The notes beneath the pieces are model-generated. The model did no database searches. It saw nothing but the letters and a program-made list of their open reading frames with translations, and was not told the DNA's origin. The translations under genes and the position numbers were made by a program. Shown one piece after another: positions 42,855-56,749 of a stretch of 64,000 bases of DNA; the stretch's first letter is position 1; every line of letters starts with the position of its first letter. The DNA is from Eledone cirrhosa (taxonomy: Eukaryota): NCBI GenBank assembly GCA_964016885.1, contig OZ024741.1, positions 392,522,001 through 392,586,000 of the forward strand. The letters run 5' to 3'.

Positions 42855-44158
42855 ATATATATATATATAACCTTTCAATTTTTAAGATGGTAGAATTTAT
42901 TATGAGGTAGATTTGGCGGTTATTTATTGCAGATCAAGTAATCATATAGAGGCTTCCTCGTTTTCTCAAACATAATCAGAGAATTCAATCCTCTATATCC
43001 TCCAGACTTATGGAGGTATACATCGCAAAAACAATAAAGTGTATTTTATAAATATGCATGATTCACCCAACTCCTCTTCTCCTGACAAAGGGTGCTCTTT
43101 TATCATGGAAAAAATGGACTCATGCTCTGCATGTGGTAATACAGATCCAATTTAAATTTCTAATTCCATCTGCATTTTATATGCACTGGGGGAAAGATAT
43201 GATTATGAAATCTCAACTTCTCCCCTCAAAAAATCTTCAGTTTCATGAATATTATCCATCTTGCTAGGATTATTTTTTAATCTTAAAAATATTACAACTT
43301 CCACAGCTGTTTGCAAAGAAAGAAAAAAGAAGTGAGCCACCATAAATGAAAGGAAAGTTTTAATTATTTATTAATTGCTCATCTCTACTATTTTGCTAAT
43401 TATACAGCCCAATCTACCTCTTCTCTTTAATAGCTTAGAATCAGAATAATTGTTTCCCAGTTGATTCAACTATGTCTGGCATACATTGGAATCACTGGCA
43501 AATTAGAAGAGTTGTTAGAACGTCAGATAGAATGCTTTATTGTATTTGTTCTATCTCTGTGATCTGAGTTCAAATGCTATCAATATAGTCTGCATTTGTC
43601 AACTGCTGTAATACTACATCACCTCTACCCAGGTTCAACCATTCGTTTTTTCCTCACTGTTAATCTAATTCTGGTTTTTTTTCCCTTTATCCACCATACA
43701 CCCCTCACTTCTGATGCTCTTGCACCACCACTCTTGCAGTCTCACATCACTACCCCAACATGCATTTAATTCATTCAATTCAACATTTACTAGCTTGCAG
43801 CCAAAATTACATCTGATTTCTCTATCTTATCTACTTTGAAATGATGGAAAACAACATGAAACATTAGATTCTTCTGATGCCAATTACATGTATCAAACTT
43901 TTCTATGAATTCTTATATATAGTTTTACATCTTGATAAGAATTATTTTTTATTAGAGATGTGTCACTTATTTCAAAGGAGATTTAAAATCAGTTTAATAG
44001 ATCCAGTGTATTATTAACATTTTTGGTCCTTAGTCACTTGAAGAAAAGCTGATCAAGATGAAATTTAAATATGGAATGAAAAGTTCTAAGCTGTAAATTG
44101 ACTTTTTCCAAATGTATCACTTCCTGTACTTCTAGTATACTGATAAAAATATACATAC

Positions 44159-44223
44159 ACACAGAATGGTTCATAACCTTCCTGAAGACCATAGCAAGTA
44201 AAATATTTCAGCTTGTTGATGTC
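44159..44223 (-). CDS. RyR: RyR exon: DINKLKYFTCYGLQEGYEPFC
   Basis: ttccag acceptor, GT|gtatgt donor, 65 nt, phase 0->2; GLQEGYEPF signature. Confidence 0.96.
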
Positions 44224-44623
44224 CTGGAAATTAAGAACAAAAGGATTAAAATCAATAGACAAAATACATATATTCAATTTTATTCACTAAGTTATATTTC
44301 AAAAACACCCCAAACTGTGAGCCACACACTTTTACTACTACCACCACCACCACCAACAACTTTGGTGATTTAACCCCCATCTTAACTACCATTATGGTAG
44401 GGTGGTGGATTGGCAGTATCGGTAGAGTGTCGGACGACATGCTTTGCAGCATGGAGTTACGGCCCTTTATGATGTAAGTTAAAATTCCGCTGAGGTTAAC
44501 TTTGCCTTTCTTCCTTACGGGGTCGATAAAATAAAGTACCAGTCATGCACTAATCGACTTTCCCCTCCCCACAAATTGATGGCCTTGTGCCTATATAAGA
44601 AATCATTATTTGATATATATATA

Positions 44624-45019
44624 TACGAGGGCAATCCCAAAAGTAAGGTCTGCTTCCGATATTGCAACTTCCAATATTGCAACTTTTCCATTAAAATACT
44701 GTGGATGGTGCTTCGGGAAACCTCAGGAACCAAAATGCAGAGAGTATCCAGAGTGATCCGCCGATCTTTATGCATGTTTTCCTTGGAAGGAGACCTTACT
44801 TTTGGGATTGCCCTCTATATAATAACTGCGCGAAATTCGCACTTGGTGGTAGCGTTCAATGGGAGTTCCAAGCCAAGATTGAGCATCCCAGCGAAGTGCA
44901 CGCATGCTTGTTTGGGAGTGAAGGAAGCACCAATCACAACAGTGCTGCCAACAGCCGTACGAACAGTTTCTCTGCGTCCCCATCACTTTGGAGACCTTAC
45001 TTTTGGGATTACCCTTGTA
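44624..45019 (-). mobile_element. Mariner-derived non-autonomous composite with three TIR copies
   Basis: TA-cgagggcaatcccaaaagtaaggtct at 44624-44651; inverted copies at 44791-44816 and 44992-45019; transposase scraps DRRITLDTL..EVSRSTIHSIL and ELPLNATTKCEFRAVI. Confidence 0.85.
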
Positions 45020-45275
45020 TATATACATAAATTTATATTACCTATGTAGACACCTACATGAATGTATGTAAAAATATGTGTATGTAGTGATGTCACAAAG
45101 TTACAAGCAAAAAATAAAAAAAATATACAAATATATGTCATATGATTGTATTGATTATGTAATAAAATATTTTGTATCATTTTGTAATATATATATTTGA
45201 AAGAAGAAATTTAAAAATAAATATATGTTGATATATAGAATTAATAATATCAAGAAATATAATTTTCTCCCTTAC

Positions 45276-45334
45276 CTGCCCAAAACTGACTCTAGCTTGT
45301 TGGTGAGCACCAAGGGTAAAAGCAGGCACGTAAC
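45276..45334 (-). CDS. RyR: RyR exon, SPRY2: GYVPAFTLGAHQQARVSFGQ
   Basis: ttttag acceptor, CAG|gtaagg donor, 59 nt, phase 1->0. Confidence 0.95.
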
Positions 45335-47577
45335 CTAAAATGAAAATATCAATTAGTTACATAAACAATATCAACAAATGATTTCATTTTATGCTCCATA
45401 GAATCCCTCCAACACAATAGAATTTACAGTTTAAACATATTTTGATTGCAGAGATGGGAAATTTAGGGAGTAAAGTTAAGGAAAATAGTAACTGCAAAAA
45501 ACTTGGTTAGGTATTATGGATCTGGTAATTGGATGAGTACTTATAATTATAAGCGACTAAGAACAAACAAGTTCTTTTCAGAAAAGGAATATAAATTAAT
45601 TACAATCAATCACAATACATTACTGGTACTTAATTTATTGATCTGGAAATGATGAAAATAAAGTCTACCATGGTAGGATTAAATCTCAAATTAGTCACTG
45701 AATTAATTATTGCGAAGCATCTAATTTTGCCTTCATATTTAACATTCAAACATTATTACTAAAGCATAACAAATGTTAAAATAAATATTTTATAACAAGG
45801 AAAATATACATTTTAGTAAATATTCAAAATTCAATGACCTGAATTATATTTTGCATATATATTTAAAGGAGATATAAGAAAAGCAAATAATTCAGTTCTC
45901 TATTTAAATATCATATACTGTATTTCCTGGTTCATAGAATAATACAAGTGACAAGATGCACTCTATATATAGCAATGTATGATATTTAATTTATAACAAA
46001 ATATTTGAAGATTAACAAAATTTAGTACAGAGTACATTCTTGCTTGAACTTCCTTCAGAATTTGTTCAAATACTAACTATCCAGGTATCTTAGAGGTATT
46101 TTCAGGTTCTAACTGCATTTGCACGCCACTGATCACTATATATTATGGAGATCAATGGTTAACAAGAAAACAATAGTTTTTTTCACTCCTCTACTTTAAG
46201 ACCAAATTGTAATGTGAAATATGTTTCCCCAGGGGGTCATAGATAGCTGAAGTTTACAGGTTTAGTGTATTATTTATTAAACATAATATCTGAATATTAA
46301 TTACTGTTGCCTTATACACAACCTTACTGCTGCACATCACCCTCACTGCTGCACACCATCCAGGATGATCACTATATTTTTGGATTATTTCATCTTTACT
46401 ACTGTCCATCATTGCATTACTGATTTTACATTTGAAATAATTCCTCCTCTCACATCTGCCCATGATGATTTCACCCACTGATATGAGATCAGAGACCTGG
46501 TCTGAATGCTTCATTATCGTTTGAACTTCACTCATTTAATGAATGTATCTCAGCTACATCCATGGACAAAAGGACAAAAATGATGCCTTGAAGAATAGCT
46601 AGAAATAGCTATTGCTTAAGCCATATCACTTCATGGGGTTCCTTCTTCAGGTGTGATGCTCTCATCCTAATTTGGTAGAGGTGAGTGGCAGTTTAGGAAC
46701 CAAGGACACCAGAGTACTCGACAGCAATGAGCCTAAAATGGAATCTATCCAGTAATGATTGATATTTAATTATCTTCCAGTTCTCAGGTTTGCAAGCGGC
46801 TACTACTAGGTTTGTGGTTAAAGCAACAAGGTTGGCTTCAGAAATGTGTCATAACACATGGCTTCTCAGATGAGCAATTTACCTCACTCAAATGAGAAAA
46901 GAGCTATCGCAGCTGAGCACCTACTAGGCTCCAGTTGTAATGGGAAACTAATAACATGTAGCGGTTGTCTCCCTTGTTTGGATTAACATCCAGACGGGAA
47001 GTAGAACCCTTTCTGCAACTTCCGGTCAGAACCCTATAAAACTAACAACTGTAAGTTCTCACTCTCTCATTTGGCTCTGCCTGTCATTTGGCCAACAGAC
47101 GCCTGGCCTTAGCCAGGCGTCCTCTGCCAGCCGCGTTTGCCTGGCAATCAAAACGGTAACTACTAACTTTGCTTCATTCTATCATCTATTTCTTTGACAT
47201 GTCGACTATACTATCTACCATTGTTAATTAAATATTATACACACAAACAATGTATTCCTTGTTACATTCATACAACCCATTCTGCAACTTCCGGTCAGAA
47301 TCCTATAAACATTCATAAAAACAATCACTTCCAAATAAAAACATATTTGTACAAAGGAAATGTGTACCAACTTTGCTAAAATTGGCTGTGGTTCAATGGA
47401 ACAAAACCATTCATTTTAAAAGGTTCCTATTTAAATGAAAAACTTCCAGCATAATTTTATCTAAGAACCATATGTTAGTTACTATGTTAGTAATGAAATA
47501 ATGATTTAACTCAAACTTTTTCATTAATTAATTGAAATAGAGTCACAAAAAGGTTAATACTAAAAATATTTGATTAC

Positions 47578-47655
47578 CTTCATTTGTATCAATATCCCGG
47601 AAAGCTATCTCTTGGCCTAAGGCATCCATCATCAATTCACCATTCAAGGAGAATG
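47578..47655 (-). CDS. RyR: RyR exon, SPRY2: TFSLNGELMMDALGQEIAFRDIDTNE
   Basis: ttctcag acceptor, AG|gtaatc donor, 78 nt, phase 1->1. Confidence 0.95.
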
Positions 47656-48156
47656 CTGAGAATTAAAATAAAACAATTCTATTACACATACATTCTAGTT
47701 TAATATGAGTGCAATATAATAATGGTAGATTTTTGCCTGAATTATTGAGGTAAAGAATTACCATTATTACATACTGGTATATTCAGATCAATTTAAAAAC
47801 CAAAGTGAGAATATTAGTCCAAACACCGTCATCATCATCGTTTAATGTCTGCTTTTCCTAGTAAGGGTTTGATGAGTCTACATTGACCCAGTCAGTATTG
47901 AAATGGGAACATCAACCTCTCAGACAGCAGTACAAGCAAGGGTGTCATGTCTTTGACACAACTGAAGAGCCCTCCCAGCCCTTTCTGTGGCGAGATGCCC
48001 TTCCTATCACCAACCACTTTACAGTGTGTACTGGTGGTTTATATATATATCTCCAACACTATATACCAGTGAATAATAAAAATGGCAGGGAAGAAAAGTA
48101 AAGCATCAATTAAAGTTGTGAAAAAACAAAACAAAATAAATTGTATCTTTACTTAC

Positions 48157-48253
48157 TTATGATTTTATCATAAAGATCCAACATGCAACCAATAACATCT
48201 CCTGCTTGCCAACACTTCCCATAAGGTTCAGAACCTTGGAACCACTTTCTTGC
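48157..48253 (-). CDS. RyR: RyR exon, SPRY2: ARKWFQGSEPYGKCWQAGDVIGCMLDLYDKII
   Basis: aag acceptor after a T-rich tract, A|gtaagt donor, 97 nt, phase 0->1. Confidence 0.96.
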
Positions 48254-49431
48254 CTTTATAAAATGAAAAAAAATGAAAAACCAGGTTATTGTAATTGAAA
48301 ATTTATGAAACTCTTTTCTGAATATGTATCAAATATATTATTGCAGTAAAGAAGGATTAGTTTCAATGATAGACTTTTTCTTTTCCTTTTTTTTAAACTA
48401 TTTTTTTTTTATCCAAGCACTATATGAAGTGCTAGAATTATTTCTGGAATTATTCTTTATTACCTTAATATATCATGTTAAATGCCATTCAAAGACATAC
48501 ATTTATTCGCTCTCTTGTTATGTATTTCAATGACTATCTATTTCAGGCATCTCCAGCATCTCTTGTGGTGTGTGATTGAAAGTGCTGGTTTTCTCCTCAC
48601 CAATTTTTATTTACTATCCACCTCTTTTTTTTCTTTTTTAATACTGTTTTTATCTGCATATTCTTATTCATTATATAAATTGTATTGATGTGTTTATTGA
48701 TGTGTTTATTTCTAATCTATTTAAGTGTTATATGTCATAACTATTAAATCATTAATCTCCTGATAATTTATTACTTACATCTTGGAACATTGTATTCATG
48801 TCACATTGATCCAACTATTCCTCAAATTATTAGTCTCATATATTGCCAAAAAAGGTGACTAAACTGATCAGGATGAAGTAGCTTGTCAACACATTCCAGT
48901 CTCAGTCTCACAGATATATTGTCTTCTCTCTTTGCATTTTCTACTGCAACTATAATTGTCTCTCTTCGGAGTTTTCTGGTTTCATGCTGCCACTATTCAG
49001 GCACTCCTGACTGACTTATCCCAATATTGTGTCAACTCCTTAGGTTTCACACTGAACACTACACCCAGTCCTTACTTGCCAGGAGGTGGGTATTCTGGAA
49101 TTTCCTCCTTATCAATATATTTACTGTAGCCATCAACTTGCAACTATTCAAGAGGGACTGCTTCAATCTTAATGGTCTTGAAAGACCTTCAGATCTTACA
49201 GCTTCTTCCTCTTTTTCTGTTATATCATGCATTCTTTTTCTAATTTTTAGAGTCAATTGCTCACTATATTTTAAGTGTTTGTATTTTACATATATGAAAC
49301 TGAAAGTAAAATGTCTTTTTTTAACATGATAATATTCAAATTTGCAGTACTTTCTCTCTTGTTCTGTCCATCTGTTCATCTCACTTAATCTTTTTAAAAA
49401 ATTAATATATATTAAAATAACTACTTCTTAC

Positions 49432-49552
49432 CAAAAAGCCATCAAAACCATAGGATAAGCCATCAGTTCCCAATTCACACCCAGGATCAAAGGAAGCTTT
49501 GGCCCATCCAAGTCGCATGTAGCCAGGAGTGATTACTTCAAATTCATAGTAC
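49432..49552 (-). CDS. RyR: RyR exon, SPRY2: WYYEFEVITPGYMRLGWAKASFDPGCELGTDGLSYGFDGFL
   Basis: tccag acceptor, TTG|gtaaga donor, 121 nt, phase 2->0. Confidence 0.97.
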
Positions 49553-49933
49553 CTGGATAAAACAAATAAATGGTGCAGGCATATTTTATTCAATTGTGAT
49601 TAACAGGAGAATGTTCCTTTCATTAAATATTGTATATAACAACCACTTTAATATAATAATATAAAGATCTCAAACAAATACTGAACAGTATTTTGAACTA
49701 AATTGCAGAAAATTTGTGAATCCCACACTTAAGTATAGAAATTCTATATTTATTTCACTAATCATGAAAGAAGTGCTTCAGCATGGCCACCCTCCATCAG
49801 CTTAGAACAGTAAAAGAGTATTATATACGCTATTGTTCTTTCATCTTTATATCTAAAATTTACTCATAACCAATTCTCTATTAGAATGTTATCATAAATT
49901 AAAACTTTTCAGATAATTTTTAGCCACACTTAC

Positions 49934-50018
49934 CACTTGCCATGAGAAATTGCATATGTAAGTTCTGCTCTGTATGTTCTTGATGTAGATTTCTTTTCAG
50001 AAATAGTCTGTGTCAGAG
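49934..50018 (-). CDS. RyR: RyR exon, start of SPRY2: ALTQTISEKKSTSRTYRAELTYAISHGK
   Basis: ttttag acceptor, TG|gtaagt donor, 85 nt, phase 1->2; RxxRAExxYAxxxGKW motif. Confidence 0.95.
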
Positions 50019-50675
50019 CTAAAAGTAAAGCAAAATATTAAAATGTAACAAAAGAGAAATGTTAAACTTAGAAATAAAAAAAAAATGAATATTTTTTATC
50101 AATTAATCAGGAAGAACAGCAGTGCCCATGGCAGTTTTCAGGGGCTCTAAGACTGATAGCAGAGAAGGAAGAAAACATAATCAAATGCTTCAATAGAACC
50201 AGCATGAAACCAATGAGTGATCCTTTAAATAGTCGATTATCCAGCTAAAAATAGCAGTGACATTCCCTCAAATCCCAAGGACAAACACATTGGAAAATGT
50301 AATCCAAGATATACAGTGATATAGGATAGTCGTGCCTGGAATAATTTGATATGAGCCAATTTAGGGGTAAATGACAATAACATCAACTGAGCAAACATCT
50401 GTTAACTTAGAGGTGTAAGTTCTGGACACATGGAAGCTTGTTCTATAAAATAGTCCTATAAAGTCTGCACGTGTAACAGGTGTACTAAAATAGTTATGTT
50501 GAAAACAAAAATAATGAATAGGATGTTGATAATGTTCACTTGATTGCTATACTAAGGCACCTGATTATAGTGTAAAAATCGAATACAGTAACAATTTGAA
50601 ATAGTATAATTACATCTTTGCTAAAACAGAAATAATCTATGTTAAATACAATTTGATGGTTAAGTTGGTAGGTAC

Positions 50676-50841
50676 CTTGTGATCCTCCATCACCCCCCTC
50701 ATTTGTTGGTGGTTCCAGGATGTAACCATAGGCCATTAATGTTTTCACAGTCTCACTGGCTGTATCTCGATTTGCTTTCTTTATATGCTCATCAACTTTG
50801 TTGTAAGGAACAAGGTATGGACTTCGTTTGTTGACATTATC
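50676..50841 (-). CDS. RyR: RyR exon, Repeat 2: [55 protein letters not shown]
   Basis: ttacag acceptor, AG|gtacct donor, 166 nt, phase 0->1. Confidence 0.96.
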
Positions 50842-51429
50842 CTGTAAAGTAACAATCACAATGCATATTATATATCTCGGTTGAATGGTACTGAAGTTTC
50901 ATCAATGCTGCCTCATCAGCCAAGAAAGACATTAGTTCATGTGTGGCAATTTATAAAAACGTTTTTTTTTTAACTGGGATGGGTGGGGGTTGGCAAGATT
51001 TGTTCCAAAGTGAATAGATTGAAGATGTAATTAAAGTTGGACTATTATTTAGAAGGTGTTAAGCTTGCTCAATGAACTTTGGATTGTAGTTGAGTAGTGT
51101 AAAAATATAATAAAACAAAAGAAAACTTAGACAGGAAGGGATGGAGAGTGATGTTATTGGAATGGAAAGTGAGCAAAGAAAGGATGGGAAATAAGATATA
51201 GGCCAATGGTCAAATATAGTTTTAAATAGGAGTAGTCAAAAGGGGTGGGGAGCTGAGGTAGCAATACTGATGGTGGTAGTTTGGTCTTTAAATAAGATGC
51301 AACAGTAGAATCTCTTACTTTAAAGATGTTGTTTAGAAAGTATTTAACTAGCATTAGCTATTTTCATTTATGTGTGTGTGTGTGTGTAGGAGGACATGTA
51401 CTTTTGTGTGCATGTATATTAAGATAAAT

Positions 51430-51990
51430 ATAATCTGAGTTTTTTGAATATTGATAATAATATTCGATTTGTTTGCAATTATGCAAATATTATTATGTCA
51501 TATTCAAATAAAAAAAACATTTTTGCTCTACATGGCTGAATATTTTTTTAAAATTTGAATATGGCAAAGCCGGCCATTGATCGCTCTTATACAGGAAACT
51601 GTCTGGCCAGTCTACTGATATGCAAATCTGGCTGATCAGTGGATCTGCTAATAAGCAGATCTCACTGATCAGCCAGTCTGTTAATATGCAAATCAGGCCG
51701 ATTAGTCACAGTATATTTTAGAAAATATCATATATTTTCACTAGCTCTGACAGTTGGCAGGTGAACAATGAACTGTACTGATGAAGGGTGATACCCAGAA
51801 ACATGAGTGTCTGCAGTTCTGTGTACATGCCAACGCAAGAGTAACAATGAGGGGCTCATTCTACTGACATGGCTTAAAAATGAGGCTTGGTTGCATAATT
51901 GCAAACGACTCAAATATTATTATTAATATTTGAAAAACTCAGATTACATTTATTGTATTCAGCCATGTAGAGCGAACATTTTTTTTAATA
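51430..51990. repeat. Fold-back element with inverted ends enclosing a hammerhead
   Basis: taatctgagttttt/aaaaactcagatta and gctctacatggctgaat/attcagccatgtagagc inverted pairs. Confidence 0.8.
51770..51819 (+). ncRNA. Type I hammerhead ribozyme motif
   Basis: helix I GAACTGTA/TGCAGTTC, CTGATGA 51778-51784, helix II GGGT-gat-ACCC, GAAACA-tgag-TGTC with canonical GTC triplet 51809-51811. Confidence 0.85.
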
Positions 51991-52340
51991 TTAAGATACA
52001 TATAGATCTTAAAATATATGAACAAGGTGAAATTAGATGAAGTAAATATCCTCACAAAAGGAAATTAGGTGAGGTAAATATCCCTATAAAATGAAATATC
52101 TACACTTCATGTAATATGCAAAACTGATATCAATGATAAGTAACACACAAAAATCATGCAGTAAAAAAATTCTGCTGATAATATATTCATTGAGCAGCCC
52201 CTCCAATAAACACGACCTCTTCTAATAATGTACTATCTCATGAGAAATAAATCTAACTAATCATCATAAAATATTTGTCACACATAACAGCAGGTAACTT
52301 AAAAAACACAAGTAATTTATTCCATGGAAATATAAAATAC

Positions 52341-52500
52341 CTCACAAAGTCCATATGTCCAGCCTTGCTTAATGCGATCTTTTGCCCAAACATTATGAGT
52401 GTTTTCAGCAAGAAGATCTACTAGTTCTTCCATCTTTTCATTCAAATGGATTGTATTTAAATCCAGTGGGCAGGGCTTGTATCCATTACTTTGTAAATAA
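52341..52500 (-). CDS. RyR: RyR exon, Repeat 2: [54 protein letters not shown]
   Basis: ttacag acceptor, GAG|gtattt donor, 160 nt, phase 2->0; LAENxHNVWA signature. Confidence 0.98.
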
Positions 52501-52943
52501 CTGTAAAACAAAACAAAATGATCTTGTTACTCTTGGCATTGTTAAGTAGACTATTTTGGATCTAGTATAACAAACTAATGGTCAGGAGGGGCTAATATAC
52601 ATGAAAATTAGATAGATCCTGCTTCAATATTTTCTGGGATTCTGCTATATACTCTTTCATGTATGCTTTTGTTGTATAGTGCACTAATTTACATTCTGCC
52701 ATGCTGTATCTAATTTGTGATCAAATCAGCTTTTGGAAGATGAGGTTTTTAAATGCTTAGAATTATATTTTCAGGCAAAATATTGAAAAATATATTGGAT
52801 AAGGCTAGAACTAAAAGGTTTAAATAACAATATTGCCATTATGACATCATGGATTCTGTACTATTATTGTATAGCCATGTTTAGCAACAATTTGGAGCGC
52901 TAAATGAACACTGTATGCCATAATAAATTAGTTATATACTTAC

Positions 52944-53027
52944 TAGGATCCAAGTTTTACCATCTTTAGCCGGCTTGATTCTTTTTTATGTTGGATGCTG
53001 ATATGATACCCCAAGGCTAACAATGTT
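52944..53027 (-). CDS. RyR: RyR exon: RTLLALGYHISIQHKKESSRLKMVKLGS
   Basis: ttttcag acceptor, TA|gtaagt donor, 84 nt, phase 2->2; TLLALG motif. Confidence 0.95.
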
Positions 53028-53484
53028 CTGAAAAGGAAAGTAATTATTTATAGAGTAATAAAAACAAAATACTATACTGGAATATCCTTAGTATTAAATG
53101 GTTTTTAAATTATATCTGCTTTAAAATTTATCTCAAAATATTAAGTAATGCTTCATAAGAAAATATATATTCTGCAATCCAATTAATAGTTTTGAAATGC
53201 AGTAAAACTTAATTATTTAAATAAAATGGTTGATATATGAGCCTTTTTTGTTTGTTAATTATACATAAATATAATGAGAAGGTAAATGACTCTGTAAAAT
53301 TAGAGTTAATCCATTACTAATTTAACTAAACACACCATTAATGGTATGTTAAGATACATTGCTAAATTTGTATAGCATTCAGAATTAGTCTACAGATATA
53401 ACTTACAAAACTAATTATGTTTAACTAATATAATAATTTATACAAAATATAAAACCATAAAGAAAAATGTGTGTATTTAATCAC

Positions 53485-53588
53485 CTTAATGTTTCAAAAG
53501 CCAGTGTAATATCATATTTTTTCTCAGACATTGGCAGTTGTTCAAACGTGCAGAGACAAGGATGCTTTTTTCTTGTATCATCTCTGAT
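53485..53588 (-). CDS. RyR: RyR exon, Repeat 1: IRDDTRKKHPCLCTFEQLPMSEKKYDITLAFETL
   Basis: ttgcag acceptor, AG|gtgatt donor, 104 nt, phase 0->2; RDD..HPCL..F..LP..E..Y signature. Confidence 0.96.
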
Positions 53589-55349
53589 CTGCAAATAAAA
53601 TAAAATTTTGAAAATATAATTTTTAAAAAATACAACATAAGACAGCAAAGTATTTGCTTTGGTGTAAATGTGAAATGTAGAGATTGAAATTTGATGTCAA
53701 TGTGAGATGTAACGATTGAAGTTTAGATTTTATCTGCTGTGATTTTTGTTTTGGTGTAAATGTGAGATGTAAAGATTGAAGTTTAGAGTTCTGCTGTGAC
53801 AGATTAAAGTATGCTAGAGTTACAGAGAATGATGGTTAGAACTTTTAATATTCTTCATATCACACTTGTTAGTGAGCTTGTTCTTCAGAAGAGAAACAAG
53901 GGAGCCTCTACATGGTTGACTGACATGCTAGAAACAGCATTAGAAAGATTGTCAAGGTGTAGATATGATGACAAAACATGGAATGTATGAGCAAGATGGT
54001 ATGTCTAGCCTCAGACATCCCATCCAACCCATGCAAGCATGGAAAGCAAAAGTAAAATGATGACAATGGCAATGTATACATTTTATATATAATATAACCT
54101 CTATCATAAAACAGCTAACCAAAACTTCATTATCATGTATCAACTATGCATTTCTCTACATCCTAAGTTTATATTTCATCTTCATCAAATATATAGAAAA
54201 ATTAAAATCTATGAACTCAGACTTTGCAAATTTAAAGATGACCAGCATTATTCAAAATCTCATTCAACAAATATTCTATTTTCATTGAATTTGCTTTGTT
54301 CATCTTCATCCCCAAATAACATAAGGTCCATATTAATTATTTAAATTATTTTATGCAGAGCACAAGCTTGAATTATTGAATAATCTGACATTTTATGAAT
54401 TCTATATGCCTCACTATGAGATTTTAGATGTAAAGCCCTTTTATATCTCTTTCCATGAGCAGAACATATTAGTATTGGTTTTACTAGTTTCATTTCTACT
54501 TGGAAACTCACCAGAGAGCTTGGTAATGTATATAAAACATAAACTATGACTCAGCTTAAATATCCAGACTAATTTGCATAATTGTACCTTTCATTGACAA
54601 TGTGATTAATTAATTTAGTCATAATTCAATATATATTGGAAAATCTTAAATTTTTAGTGTAGGTATGCCTACAATTTTAAAATTATAATCCTTTCTAGGA
54701 TATGTAAACAAATGTAAATACATTTTTATATCTATCCATAAGCAGACATGAATATAGTTTGTAAAGATGTTTAGTAAGAATCAATACTGTCAGATAGAAA
54801 GAATTTAATTGAAATGAAAAGTAGCTGCAGAGAATGAAAAATATTCAACATATTAAACTGAAAAAAAAAATGATAAATACTACAGATATCTTCTTCTTTG
54901 CCCATTTATTCTTAGGACAGTCATAGGGATGGAGTCCTCAAGCATGATTTCCAACAGATCTCACCAATTGATCTGGCTGTATCCCCAAGCAAGACCAGCT
55001 GAGCTCAGATGGTATCCAACCATCTTGCTTGAGGGTCTACTGGTTGATTTTGCTTGTAAAATCTGTCTAGCAATTCTTTTCTGAGTCATTCTGACCACAA
55101 GTATCAGAGTTGTGATCTCTCAATTTGGAGAAGTATTGGCTCTACTTGGAGTGACTCTCTGATCTTCAAGCTATGCACTCTATCGAGTAACACTACTCTG
55201 AAGACCCTTCAGAAGAACCCCATTTTGGACATTTATATTCACGATCATATTTATGACCTTAGGCATGAAGACAGAATTGAAGCTATAGACATAAATTTTT
55301 TAAAAAGTTTAGAAATATAATTGTTATAAATTGAAAATTGTTAACTTAC

Positions 55350-55454
55350 ATCACCATATCTCCAGCTTTGTTCTATTTTGTTCATAGACCACAATTCATG
55401 AATGTTTTCTGCCAATTTGTCTCGGACATTTTCTATATAAGCTGGAAGTTGGAC
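55350..55454 (-). CDS. RyR: RyR exon, Repeat 1: VQLPAYIENVRDKLAENIHELWSMNKIEQSWRYGD
   Basis: tttcag acceptor, GAT|gtaagt donor, 105 nt, phase 0->0; LAENIHELW RyR-repeat signature. Confidence 0.98.
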
Positions 55455-56749
55455 CTGAAATATATGTATTTTTATTATTACTTTTTTAAATAAATAAAAG
55501 CCAAAGTACCTATTACCACCAGCATAATGATATGCATTTATTAACAAATACTCATTTCTGTATGTGTAAAAACTATGCATTTGGGAAATTACATATTGAT
55601 TATTACTTTTTAGTGTGTTACTATATATTTCTTTATTAGAATTTAACATAAATTATTCTATTTAAAAAAGGTCCTTGTTATGGTAAAATTATTTTACTTT
55701 TTTTCCTGAAGTTTTATGAACTATCCATTCATAAATTTATTGGTAGAAAAAATGTAGGAACATCACAAACAAGTTTGTAACACCCTAGTTTTTACTGAGG
55801 AAATAAGTGAACAAAGATGTTGATAAAATCAAAAACTAATATTAGATCTGGATTTGTCAATGGTTTAGAATAGATATAATGTATCCCTGCATGCTGCTGT
55901 AAGCAGTGACTAAAAGGGTTGGTGTCATGAAGGGCATCTGGTTGTAAAATGTTACCTAGAAATATCCTGTCTAAACCATGCCAACATGGAAAATTCAATG
56001 CATAAATGATGATGATGTAAATAAATTTGATAGAAATATTTTTTTTAATGAATTTCTTGTGTTAGATAATTAATAGTAATTCACAACCTTTTTTAGGCAT
56101 ACATTTCACCTATTTCTCTTTAGCTAGATTATTGGTAAAATATTACAAAATAGTAATTGCAATTAATTGATGCTTGTTTTATGGGGGAAATACATGAGTG
56201 ATGGACATGGAGCAGCATTATCAATGTAGCAACTGTATGAGGATATGAACATTTTCAAATGTACATTTAGTGTTTAATCTACAAACATTCTGAAATCTTG
56301 AATGTTTTAGTAACATTATAACTTGACTATTTAAAAGGAAAATCTACTAAAATCAACTAATTTTTTTTTTATGTGTTTAAATGTATTTTTCTTTGGTAGG
56401 TATTAACATCTCTCATCATCTGTTATGGAAATCCATACCAGGTAATTTAGATTTACATCATTTCTTAGTCATAATTTTTACACTATAAAGTTTACATCTT
56501 AAACATTTTTATGATTTACTTAATACACTCCAAAGGTGCTCCTACATTATCTCATCATTCTAAGAACCAATATATATATTTAAAGTGGAACTTATTCTAT
56601 TCATATGCTATCTTATTAATTCTTGAATACAGTTTATCTATTTCTTTTTTGTTAAGTGAAATCTTTTCCCCTCAGTAGTTTGTAACCCTAATTTCAAACA
56701 AGATGTTCAATTCTGTCAAAAGTTATAATGATAAACATATTTTTCATAC

